A stretch of DNA of 64,000 nt from Poseidonia sp. GTDB lineage: Archaea > Thermoplasmatota > Poseidoniia > Poseidoniales > Poseidoniaceae. The position numbers were made by a program, and so were the translations under genes. The stretch is taken from NCBI GenBank assembly GCA_022426155.1, contig JAKMEE010000039.1:24516-88515 (forward strand), read 5' to 3'. The notes beneath the pieces were generated by a model, which saw nothing but the letters and a program-made list of their open reading frames with translations, was not told where the DNA came from and did not search any database. Below, piece by piece: positions 1 to 11,400 of the stretch. Position 1 is the first letter of the stretch. Each line of letters opens with the position of its first letter.

Positions 1-1
1 T

Positions 2-193
2 GAATTTGAATTCGCCATCCGCCAAGCTCTACACGGTGTGTCGGATGATGCACTCACAGCTCTTGACAACACCTTCGAAATGGCACGGTACAGCCGTGAT
101 GAGATGGGTGTTCAGCACAAGGATGTGGCAGTCCAATCGTTGACACAAATGGGTACTGAGATCCAAGAGATTCAGAAGTTCCCACAACGTTGA
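2..193 (+). CDS. 3' end of a CDS whose start lies upstream of the window (C-terminal ~63 aa, unknown function)
   Basis: Open frame from the window edge to TGA at 191-193 (…EMARYSRDEMGVQHKDVAVQSLTQMGTEIQEIQKFPQR*); no start codon in the window. Confidence 0.35.
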   Translation, partial: EFEFAIRQALHGVSDDALTALDNTFEMARYSRDEMGVQHKDVAVQSLTQMGTEIQEIQKFPQR

Positions 194-196
194 ACT

Positions 197-694
197 TCAC
201 CAGCGTAGGTGAAGTCGTCCCGCCTCAAACCGTGCTTGAAGGGTTGCTGAAGCCTCCTTTGGAAGAGGGAATTCACGAACCAAGGCTGGAAGGTCTCCGT
301 CGTTAATCTTGAGTTGGACATAGGTGTGTTCATCGGTATCTCGATGATGGAGATGGATGTTTTCCAAGGAACTACCGAGGAGTGGTAGCGTGAGGCCATC
401 TGGATTCATTCGACCGTTGACCGATTCGACAACCCATGCTAGTGCACGTTCTGGTTCAAGTTCGTGGAGAGCAGTTTCAGGAAGCATTCCTGCCGTGACC
501 AAGATTTCTGTATGACGTTCACGAACTTCGCTAAGGTGGTTGGATTGGCCGTCGAATTGTGCCTGTAAAAGGGATGCATCTCCAGCAAAGCCTTCGGAGT
601 TCACCGCTGGAAGCTTAGCAGTTTCATCGATGCCAGTTTCCTCAATGGTCAAGGGTTTCCATTCGTCCATGAGGGTTGGAACTCCCGAGCCCAC
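197..694 (-). CDS. hypothetical protein (165 aa), immediately downstream of the helicase gene on the same strand
   Basis: ORF 197..694; 24-nt gap to the upstream helicase CDS suggests co-transcription; no recognisable motif. The C-terminal region weakly resembles the Hsp20 fold but this is not conclusive. Confidence 0.45.
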   Translation of the reverse strand: MGSGVPTLMDEWKPLTIEETGIDETAKLPAVNSEGFAGDASLLQAQFDGQSNHLSEVRERHTEILVTAGMLPETALHELEPERALAWVVESVNGRMNPDGLTLPLLGSSLENIHLHHRDTDEHTYVQLKINDGDLPALVREFPLPKEASATLQARFEAGRLHLRW

Positions 695-718
695 ATGAAC
701 CTTCGGACGAGGTCATTC

Positions 719-2833
719 TCACTCAGTTTGTGGTGGTTCAGTATGGATTTTCGAAAAGAAGCGACGAGCAAAACGCTGCGTAGCGGCAGGTTCAGGACTC
801 TCATTCATTCGTAAATCACTCGGGAAGCAGGTCGCATAGGTTCGCTCTGTGACCCTTCGGTCCAGCAAGACGATGAGTGCACGGTCACCGATGGCCCGAA
901 TTGGGCGACCCATGGCTTGTAAGATGGCATTGATCGCAGGTTGTGAGACGGTATATCGCCAGGCCAAATTCCTCCCGAATCGTTCTTCAGCATGCTTCTT
1001 AAGTGCGCTTGAGAGCACCGACGGAGGGGCATTTGGAATGCCAATGCAGGCCACTGCGTCGAGGGCTCCACTGTGATAATCAACACCCTCTGAGAGCCTT
1101 GCTCCAAACACTCCTGCTAGGAGAATCCGTCGTCCTGAGCGTTTTTCTTCGAGGAGTGTCTCAACCACTTGATCTAAATCTTGCTTGGTCCAGTTGCGAT
1201 CTTCAACCATCATCTTGACGCCTGTAAACGTTGTTTCTGCAACCATCTCGTTGAGCATCGCATAGGATGGGGCAAAGACAGCAACATTGCCGGGTGTTGC
1301 ATCGATGAGAGCTTGGAGTTGAGCCCGAATGGCTTGGGTATTTTCATGACCTCTCTCGGTGTACTTGGTGGTCACATTAGAGGCAACCAAAACTGGTCTT
1401 CGCATGGCAGCGAATGGAGATGGGTAGGCCACAGCAGAAGTTTTGGGTTTTGGAAGTGCCAGTACATCTGCGTACATATTGGGTGGATACAAGGTGCCTG
1501 ACATCAAGATGGCACCAGAAGATTGGTTGAAAACGGGTTCAGAGACCAATCCTGGGTCAAGAAGGTGAGTGGTAATGCGGCCATCTTTTCCTTTGGTATC
1601 GTATACCAACGTCATAGCCGTAGTTGAGCCGAAACGAACGAGGCAATCGAGAATTTCTGCAACTCGATGTGCATCAGGCTCCATAGGTGCGTCCCCGCCA
1701 CCTGGATCGACATCCACGTCCAAACTCGCTAATATGTCACGTAATTGATGAATTCGAACTGCAGGGTCAATGCGTTGTTGAGTGGAGGGTACTTGATTCA
1801 GATTTTGCTGACCCGACACACCATCAACGGCGTCACACGCCTTGTGAATGACATTCAATATTTCCTCGACCTTCACTTCCTGCTCGTCTTTATCCCCCGG
1901 GAGGGTGGTTCGTAATCGGTGAAAGAGGTCAGCAAAAGCAGTGCGCGACGCTTTGATGACTTCCAAGGCCCAATGAACCAATTCATAGGTCATTTCCAGA
2001 CTTTCCCCTCCAGGCATTTTCATCGCTTGGACCAAAGTCCCCAAACTCTCCTCTAATTCTGCATAGGTATTGCGAATCATGGTTTGTGTGAGTCTTTTCT
2101 CGAGGGTCAGTCGAATTCGGTCAGGGAGGTTGTGGGCTTCATCAACCACAATAATGATGTCTTCGAGTGAGAGGTCCATTGCCTTGAGGCTTGATTCCCT
2201 GACGCCTTGGTCAAACAGGTGGTTGTAATCTCCAACAAAAACATCGGCACCTCCAACGGCTTCCCTGGCGATTTTCCAGGGACATGCTTGGGTGATTTCT
2301 CCATTAACCGTATGGGTTCGGCTGATGGCGACTAATTCATCAACATGAAGTGGAGATTCCAAGATCCGCTCTTTGAGACCGGGCGCGGGGGTAATCCATG
2401 GTTTGCATTGCCGTGTTTTTCGAGCCTGACTGCAGAGAATGGAGAATACGAGGGGTGATTCACGTGCGAATTCTTGGACACACATGCCTGCTTGTCCAAC
2501 CATGTCGACCAAGCGTATGGGCGAGGTATCGTCGCGTAAATCATTGATTCTTCTTACAGTATCAACCACAATCCGATGTTGAGTTTGACGAGAGGTCAAG
2601 AAAAAGACTGTTTTTTTCGTTAGTTGTTGGCTGGCAACCTGCAGAGCTGCCGCCAATGCAGCGGCTGTTTTACCAATGCCCGTTGGGGCTGCTGCCAGGT
2701 GAAAACCTCCAGTTTCGAGGGCCTTGACTGCATCGTTGATCATTTCTAATTGACCGGGGCGGGGGGTTGGGTGGGCCAAGAAGGGGAACTTGGCTGCTTC
2801 ATCCCCTCCCGTTCCATCGTTCATATTCACCAT
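719..2833 (-). CDS. XPD/Rad3-family (DinG-like) ATP-dependent DNA helicase with FeS-cluster domain
   Basis: Walker A 'AAPTGIGKT', 'VVDEAHNL' (DEAH box), four Cys between motifs I and II (C…C…C…C) typical of the XPD 4Fe-4S domain, and C-terminal 'GRPIRAIGDRALIVLLDRR' matching XPD motif VI. Confidence 0.85.
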   Translation of the reverse strand: MVNMNDGTGGDEAAKFPFLAHPTPRPGQLEMINDAVKALETGGFHLAAAPTGIGKTAAALAAALQVASQQLTKKTVFFLTSRQTQHRIVVDTVRRINDLRDDTSPIRLVDMVGQAGMCVQEFARESPLVFSILCSQARKTRQCKPWITPAPGLKERILESPLHVDELVAISRTHTVNGEITQACPWKIAREAVGGADVFVGDYNHLFDQGVRESSLKAMDLSLEDIIIVVDEAHNLPDRIRLTLEKRLTQTMIRNTYAELEESLGTLVQAMKMPGGESLEMTYELVHWALEVIKASRTAFADLFHRLRTTLPGDKDEQEVKVEEILNVIHKACDAVDGVSGQQNLNQVPSTQQRIDPAVRIHQLRDILASLDVDVDPGGGDAPMEPDAHRVAEILDCLVRFGSTTAMTLVYDTKGKDGRITTHLLDPGLVSEPVFNQSSGAILMSGTLYPPNMYADVLALPKPKTSAVAYPSPFAAMRRPVLVASNVTTKYTERGHENTQAIRAQLQALIDATPGNVAVFAPSYAMLNEMVAETTFTGVKMMVEDRNWTKQDLDQVVETLLEEKRSGRRILLAGVFGARLSEGVDYHSGALDAVACIGIPNAPPSVLSSALKKHAEERFGRNLAWRYTVSQPAINAILQAMGRPIRAIGDRALIVLLDRRVTERTYATCFPSDLRMNESPEPAATQRFARRFFSKIHTEPPQTE

Positions 2834-3165
2834 CCACCGCCGACCCTCCTAAAGGATTGGGGAGCAGAGGACAGCGGTTGCACTGTTGGGAATCGTTGTG
2901 CCCAGTACGTGGGGGGCTGGACACGGGGAACCATTCAGCCTAACTGGCTGAATTGGAATTGGAGTCTCCCTGGCCGCCATCCAGGGAGTCTTTTGTTGGG
3001 GGTTGGTTTTGGGAACCAAGGCCAGCTCGCGCATGACGGGCACGTCGACACAGTGAGGCTAAACCATGCAAGGTTGACCGGTCTTGCATGGCCAAAAGGG
3101 CGGCATTGCCGAGGTTGTATCCTTGGTTTTGCCAATTCATCCCATCCCCTCCGTTCTCTCACCAA

Positions 3166-3540
3166 TTATTCTTGGTATTCACTGCGTCTCATGGTTGCAA
3201 CTCGAGACTCCTCAAGAGCTGCATCCAGTGGATCATTTGATGCTGCCAGGCGTTCAAGGGCCTGAGCGATGTAGAGTTTGATGCCTTCTTGGGCAGCGAG
3301 TTCGGGAGTGACTCCCTGCAACTCGTAGAGTTTGGCTAATTGTGTTTGGTCGTATCGTCCCAACGGGATCTTGACGGTTTTCATATCGGTCAAAAGAGGT
3401 TGGTTATGGAGGAATTCTTGGATGGCCAAGCGGACAACGTCGGAACGATTTCGAGTTCCTTGTTGGCCAACTCGTGCATCGAGTAGTGACAAATCATCCT
3501 CAGTGATTCTGAGGGTGACAGGGCTGGTTGGCTGGGTCAT
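3166..3540 (-). CDS. ribbon-helix-helix (CopG/Arc/MetJ-like) transcriptional regulator
   Basis: N-terminus 'VTLRITEDDLSLLDARVGQQGTRNRSDVVRLAIQEFL' is a classic RHH. I place the start at the ATG at 3540 (M36 of the track ORF) because GGAGGA sits 6 nt upstream and TATA-like ATTTATA sits ~40 nt upstream. The track ORF extends to 3645 through AT-rich promoter sequence. Confidence 0.6.
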   Translation of the reverse strand: MTQPTSPVTLRITEDDLSLLDARVGQQGTRNRSDVVRLAIQEFLHNQPLLTDMKTVKIPLGRYDQTQLAKLYELQGVTPELAAQEGIKLYIAQALERLAASNDPLDAALEESRVATMRRSEYQE

Positions 3541-3577
3541 TGGTGTTCCTCCGTAAGCAAGGAGACCTGCTGGGGGG

Positions 3578-3611
3578 ATATAAATGTATTCTGTATAATG
3601 ACAATATGTAT
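3578..3611. promoter_or_regulatory. AT-rich divergent promoter region with TATA-like boxes (tataaat / tataat) between the RHH regulator gene (-) and the TerB-like gene (+)
   Basis: 'tataaatgtattctgtataatgacaatatgtat' lies between divergently oriented genes; archaeal TATA-like elements are appropriately spaced from the 3540 start. Confidence 0.4.
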
Positions 3612-3698
3612 GACAAGTGAATACAAAACAGAGTCTAGTTGTCAATAAGAACCGAAGGCTAGCGAACGTTCAAAGCACAGCAGCGTTGCCTTTGTATC

Positions 3699-4145
3699 AT
3701 GACTCTCATACCAAGTCGCGGCTTGTACCTGTATCTTGAAAGCCTTCAAATTGCCTTTGACGATGAAATTGTCACAAATGATGAAGCCCAAATTCTTCGA
3801 ATTCTGGCCCAGAGCTTGGGCGTTGCTCCCAGCGATACGGCTGAATGTCGTTCGGTGGTTCGAGGAGAGGTATCCTCTCCGTTCACCGTTGACGATGTTT
3901 ATGATGGTCACCAAATGGGCGACATCACCACCTACCAGTCCGCGCTGATTGCGGCCCTTGATGACGATGTGATCTCAGAAGATGAATGGGCCATGCTGGA
4001 TCATTTACGAAGAATCATCGGAATCCAAGAAGACCAACATGCCTTGATCGAAGAAGCCATTCGGGCTATGGGTGATGTAGATGCTGAAGGTCGCCGTAGG
4101 GTTGAACGCCTGGAACGCTTCCTAACTGTTTGTCCATACAATTGA
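3699..4145 (+). CDS. TerB-like/DjlA-N-like tandem-repeat domain protein (148 aa)
   Basis: Two internal repeats 'DDEIVTNDEAQILRILAQSLGVAPSD' and 'DDVISEDEWAMLDHLRRIIGIQEDQ' are characteristic of TerB-type helical repeat domains. Confidence 0.45.
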   Translation: MTLIPSRGLYLYLESLQIAFDDEIVTNDEAQILRILAQSLGVAPSDTAECRSVVRGEVSSPFTVDDVYDGHQMGDITTYQSALIAALDDDVISEDEWAMLDHLRRIIGIQEDQHALIEEAIRAMGDVDAEGRRRVERLERFLTVCPYN

Positions 4146-4241
4146 CGTTCACAGTTTACTCAGATATTCGTCATATTTGTGGTGGAACGATGGCAACTAT
4201 TAGAAGGGGATTTCGTCAGCGACGCACAACACTTAGTGTGA

Positions 4242-6169
<1,928 letters not shown>

Positions 6170-6279
6170 ACTCAAAATATGCGGGGTCACATCCTTCTTA
6201 GTTTTATGTCTCTTCGTGGACTGCCAAATAAAGCGATTGTTGAGGCATTCCTCTTATTAACGGAGTATGAATCCCCAGC

Positions 6280-8079
6280 ATGGCTCAACTGAGGTATGTC
6301 GCAGATTGGGAGCAACTTCCTCCCGGCGAATGGTTGGACAACGACGAAAACGGGACCCACTGGTACCTTGATGTTGAAGGAAATTATTGGCAGTCTACGG
6401 ACGACGGTTATCAAATCTGGGTTGATGAAGAGGAGGCTACAACCCCAACCGTCACAGAATCATCAAATCAATACGACCAGGACGATGGTGAAGAACTTGA
6501 TGACGAAGATGGGGAAGATGAACCATTAGGGCCGGTTCCCCTATTAGGTGCCGGAACGGGCATGCTCGGAATTGGCCTTGCCTTTCTCGTCATAGTCTGG
6601 ACTTTTTTCATCACCATGCCGACTGCAAAACTGAACATTGAGTTGCAGTCTTCAGAATCGACCAGCCTTGGAGGTGAGATGAGCGTGATATTCTTAGACG
6701 GGTTAGAACTCTATCAAACACTCAACATGGCAACCCTAATTGTTGCAGTTATCATGATTGGCGTGGGCATCATGACCATGATCAAAAGAGCACCTTGGTG
6801 GGCAGCCTCTGCATCTAATCTTGCCCTTGTAAGTCTGCTTCTGATTGCGTCCTTGGTTGCTTTTTCTTCAGAGAAGAAGAGTTTTGATGCTTGCGACCCG
6901 CTGGAATTTTATTGCTTCGAATTTGAACAGCCTTCGTTGTTCCTTATTGATGCGGTATACCCTGCGATTTTTTCGATGGGCATCTTCTTAATCATTTTCA
7001 ACAATACCATGAAGGCTTGGGCAAATTTTGACCCAAACGAAGAACCTGAACCTGAATTGGACGTTCAAATCTTCTCAAAAGATGCCCCTCCATTGGGTGG
7101 TTTTGCTGCATTGATTGGGCTGGTTGCATCACTCGCTGTTCTTGCATTTACGCAGGTCTTTACCCTGCCTGAGACGCAAGAAAACCTGGACCGATCAAAC
7201 GATCTAGGATTTACGGAGATTTCTGAAATGTTTGAAACGATTCTGCTCTACAATCAACTGGCTGTTGGCCTTTCAGCATTGGTCGCGATTGTATCATTGC
7301 TCACGCTCATCAAAAAGGTTCCATGGTGGGTCCTGCCAGCGTCCTACATTCCTTTGGTTACGATTCTATTCATGACTGTCAGTAAAAGTGATTCCACCGG
7401 TTTGAGTTCGTTTGAACAACACGCATTCTACACGGGAACAGGTTCCATCATCGCAACCATGATAATCAGCGCGAGTGCCTTTCACACCCTCGCTAATCAT
7501 GAATGGGAGGAACTCGAAGGCTACGATGACTTCGGTGAAACGAACCATTATGATTTCAACGAGGACGAGGAAGAAATTCTAGAATGGCGAGCTAAGGTGA
7601 AAACCGCTGTCATGGGATTGGTGGTCTTGATGACCGGAATTGGAGGATTTGTCTTGCAACAATACGCATTCGGAGAGACTGATGGACCGACCTTCGACAT
7701 ACGAGATGCAAGCGGTGCGCTTGGTGATGGGTCATCCGATGAACTTGTCGTGCTCGATATGCTTGACAAAACAAATTCTTACTCAGAAGAAACGATCAAA
7801 ATCTTCATCCAAATCAATGGGGGGGAAGAACTGGAATGCAAATGGAAATATTCAGGTGTTTGCACATTTGAGTATCTTGAAGTCTTTGATGACCGCAGAT
7901 TAACGGCCCAGGAAAGTATTCTCATCTCAGAAGGAACTAGTGACTTGTGCTCTGGTATTGCAGAACAGTCATGTAAAATCACGGCAAATGTCATTCACGA
8001 AAATTCTGAAGAAGATGAAAATATGCAAGTGACGGTTGAAACGGTTGACCTTGGTTCATACACCTTTGAAGCAGTGTAA
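6280..8079 (+). CDS. polytopic membrane protein with acidic N- and C-terminal regions (599 aa), unknown function
   Basis: Long ORF; acidic N-terminus (DDGEELDDEDGEDE) followed by ≥8 hydrophobic helices; C-terminal Cys-containing acidic domain. Confidence 0.55.
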   Translation: MAQLRYVADWEQLPPGEWLDNDENGTHWYLDVEGNYWQSTDDGYQIWVDEEEATTPTVTESSNQYDQDDGEELDDEDGEDEPLGPVPLLGAGTGMLGIGLAFLVIVWTFFITMPTAKLNIELQSSESTSLGGEMSVIFLDGLELYQTLNMATLIVAVIMIGVGIMTMIKRAPWWAASASNLALVSLLLIASLVAFSSEKKSFDACDPLEFYCFEFEQPSLFLIDAVYPAIFSMGIFLIIFNNTMKAWANFDPNEEPEPELDVQIFSKDAPPLGGFAALIGLVASLAVLAFTQVFTLPETQENLDRSNDLGFTEISEMFETILLYNQLAVGLSALVAIVSLLTLIKKVPWWVLPASYIPLVTILFMTVSKSDSTGLSSFEQHAFYTGTGSIIATMIISASAFHTLANHEWEELEGYDDFGETNHYDFNEDEEEILEWRAKVKTAVMGLVVLMTGIGGFVLQQYAFGETDGPTFDIRDASGALGDGSSDELVVLDMLDKTNSYSEETIKIFIQINGGEELECKWKYSGVCTFEYLEVFDDRRLTAQESILISEGTSDLCSGIAEQSCKITANVIHENSEEDENMQVTVETVDLGSYTFEAV

Positions 8080-8144
8080 TCCTGGGGCAGATCTTGTTAT
8101 CAGTCACAAATCAGTCACACGATAGCCAAGTCGCTGAATTCCAC

Positions 8145-8423
8145 TCAGTGTTCAGCTAAGTTTTCCTTGAAGTCCGCCTTTGATTGAAAAAGTGAGGGCC
8201 ATCTTCGCTTAAGCCAAGAAAACAAAACACGGGATATGATCATCGATGCGACCAAAAAGAGCAAAGGAGCCCATAGGGGAGCGGCATCATTGGTGAACAA
8301 GATGTATGTCACAATAAGAATCCCGATTCCATAAACAGCACGAAATGCGGCAAAGATGAGGAACCCCCTCACCCAAGGATTGTCCAATCTCTCCTGCCAC
8401 GATGAAGGAGTGCCTTCAGTCAT
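8145..8423 (-). CDS. small membrane protein (92 aa), directly downstream of the giant surface protein gene
   Basis: Two hydrophobic helices (FLIFAAFRAVYGIGILIVTYILF…PLLFLVASMIISRVLF); ATG at 8423 chosen (the track starts at TTG 8456, which overlaps the upstream stop). Confidence 0.45.
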   Translation of the reverse strand: MTEGTPSSWQERLDNPWVRGFLIFAAFRAVYGIGILIVTYILFTNDAAPLWAPLLFLVASMIISRVLFSWLKRRWPSLFQSKADFKENLAEH

Positions 8424-8452
8424 TTCAAAACCTGCCGTGTTGCTTTTCAATT

Positions 8453-11400
8453 TCAATTCTGAAAGTGTGGGTAGTATTGTTTGGTATAATTCATAGCATC
8501 AGCAGGTGGGTAGCCTTGTGAAATCAATTTCGCATAATATTCCTGAGCTGGGTCGGGTAGAGCCACTGGTTGAGCAACGGGTTGAGTTACATAAGCAGGC
8601 TGGGCAACGGGTTGTGCCTGGAAGTTCGGCTGAGCAACAGGCTGGGCTGCATAAGCAGGTTGAGCTGAGAAGTCTGGCATTCCAACAGCCGGTCCTTGTT
8701 GGGCCCATTCTGCTTCAGCACCCTCTCCTCCTCGACCTCGCATGAAGAAAAAGCCAACAGCGAGGAAGATAAGGAGTCCTGCACCACCAACAATAATCGC
8801 CGTGGTTCCCTCAGCAGAGTCAGCCTCATCAGAGGCTTCTTTGATCCAGCGGGTAGGGTCGTCTGGGTAGGCGTCTGCTCCATCAGAAATCCCCCATGAC
8901 TCATCAGCATTCGAGAATCCATCACCATCTGTATCCAAACAACCAACTCTGTCTGCTGTTGAATTACCACGGACCGTTTCACATGCATCCGCTCCTTGGG
9001 CAAGTGTCCAATCCGAATCAGGGTTGGAAATACCGTCACCATCAGTATCTGGACAACCATATCGGTCGACGCTTGAAATACCATCTCGCACAGCATTCGG
9101 GCAGGCATCAGGTTCGTTACCGTTCGGGTTGTCCCCATAACGGTCCTCATCAAAGTCAGCCCATTGTGTGGGATCGTCCCTGAAGGCGTCTGCTCCGTCT
9201 GCAATGGAGTATTCGAGACTTGGATCCGATACGCCATCACCGTCAGTGTCACTGCACCCCTTTCGGTCAATCATCGATGTACCATTCTGGTCTGGGCAAT
9301 CATCAGCATCAACGCCAGATGCGTTATCACCAAATTTATCTCCGTCCTTATCGCTCCATTGTGTGGGGTCTTGAGGGAATGCATCGTGAAGGTCGTACCA
9401 ACCATCTCCGTCGGCATCAGGGCAACCAATGGTCCCGTTTTGCCAAGAATCTCCTTCCTTGGTTGGACAAGCATCCTGCACGACAACATCATTTCGTAAT
9501 TCTCCAGGCCATGAAGGATTTCGATCGGTCCATGTATCATTGGCCCAGTTATCTCCATAACCGTCTTCATCAAAGTCTGACCATTGTGTCAAATCGTCTT
9601 CAAAGGCATCGGCTCCGTCTTCCAGTAGCCACATCTCATCTGGGTCGGAGTAACCATCCCCATCGGAATCGAGACATCCAATTCGGTCAAGTGTCGAGGT
9701 CCCTACTTGAGTGGGGCATTCATCAGGATTCGAACCTTCTGTGTTGTCTCCGTACCCATCTCCATCAGTATCGGCCCATTGTGTAGGGTCCATGTCGAAG
9801 GCGTCATCATCATTAGACCATCCATCTCCATCGGAGTCAGGACATGCATTCTTACCTCCAAGGGTTGAGTTGCCAGCTTGCAATGGACAATCATCGAACG
9901 TATCGGACCATCCATCGCCATCGGTGTCAATACACCCAGTTTCTCCGAGTGTTGAGGTTCCAACGGTTGTAGGGCAATCATCTTCAGCATCATCAAATCC
10001 ATCCCCATCATCATCTGGGTCTTCGTCAGAATCTCGACATCCATCTCCGTCGAAGTCCGTGATGGCATCTGAGACCCAAGTTGGGCGGGGTGGTGAATAA
10101 CTTGATCGTTGACATAGGTCGAAGTTGTTGTCAACGCCATCATTGTCCATGTCATCATCTTCACTCGAATCCTTGCAACCATCTCGGTCCCAATCTGATG
10201 AATTCGCAGGATTGTCAAAATCTTGGGTCGATGTCCAATTGAATTCTCCATTTCGAGGGCAATTATCAGGTGAATTGTCGGTAATTCCATCGTTATCATC
10301 ATCCGAGTCACAGGCATCACCTTCGGAATCACCGTCAGTGTTTCCTTGTGCGGGGTTTGATGTGTTGGGGCAATTGTCATTGACGTCAGAGACCCCATCA
10401 TTGTCAGCATCTTTCTGGAACACAGGGTCTGTGACCCAAACGAAGGTATCCCAGCCACCAAGGCTGTTGATTGTCGTTGTTCCCTTATTCATTTGGGCGG
10501 GTGGAGAATTTGAACCAAACCCACCAGAGATGGCCAGCATGTCGCTATCATTGACTGCGAGTGAACTTGGAATCACAAAGTCAGAACTTCCTGAATTCAA
10601 GAGCCAATCCCAACTACCGCCTGTGCTGAGTCCACCGACCACCATGTCGACGGTACCTCCTGCTGTTACGGCCTTACTTCCAGCGGTGAAGGAACCTTGA
10701 ATGAGGGCTGAAAACATGATTTCATTCTTTGAATTGATGACCATGTCGGCGAGTCCATCTGCAGCGTTAGTACCACCAGTTGATGCCCATTGGCTGGTAC
10801 CAGTCACCTTTGCGACAAAGACATCTGATTGGCCCTGGTTTGCTGTAATACTCCAACTTCCTTGTGCCAACGTACCTTCAAAGGAACCCCCAATGTACAG
10901 GTCTCCATTACTATCAGATTCAATCTCTGAAATTGTGACGGCATTATTGACGATTCCATAACCGCTGAGGGCTAGGATTCCACCGTTACCATCCATTTTG
11001 AGAATGAACGAATCTTGTGTTCCCACAGTACTGTAGCCTTTGTTGCCAAAGATCAGGCCAGTTTGTGTAATACCTGAGACATGGATGGAACCGGCTTGGT
11101 CAATTTCGATGTCGGTAACAACTTGATTCCCGACTCCTCCACCTGAAACCACCCAAAGGAGGGAGCCAGTGGCTCCTGATAATTTGGCTACGAATACTTC
11201 GTTGTTTGAGACATTGATGATGGTACCTCCAAAATCAGTTTCTCCACTGAACGTTCCAGCCACATAGATGTCACCCATTTGGTCGACTGCGATGGCATAG
11301 GGAATACTCTGGTCCGTGGAGGTGTTCGCCAGTGTTTGGAAGGCATGAGCCCACATCCAGGCTCCTGAAACATCTGCGACAGCGATGAATCCGTCGAGAA

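Noticed and set aside
3541-3645. N-terminal 35 residues of the track ORF for the RHH regulator (MTTRLCFVFTCHTYCHYTEYIYIPP…)
   Set aside because: This segment translates the AT-rich promoter (tataaat/tataat). The internal ATG at 3540 has a GGAGGA RBS and gives a typical RHH N-terminus.
8587-10961. Multiple long ORFs on both strands inside the 1149-aa surface gene (e.g. 9703..10461 -, 8587..9270 -, 9220..9786 +, 10125..10700 +)
   Set aside because: They are antisense or out-of-frame readings of the GC-rich, highly repetitive DxDxDG-coding DNA. They have low-complexity His/Met/Ser-rich translations and no start context. The single long frame with a signal peptide explains the region.
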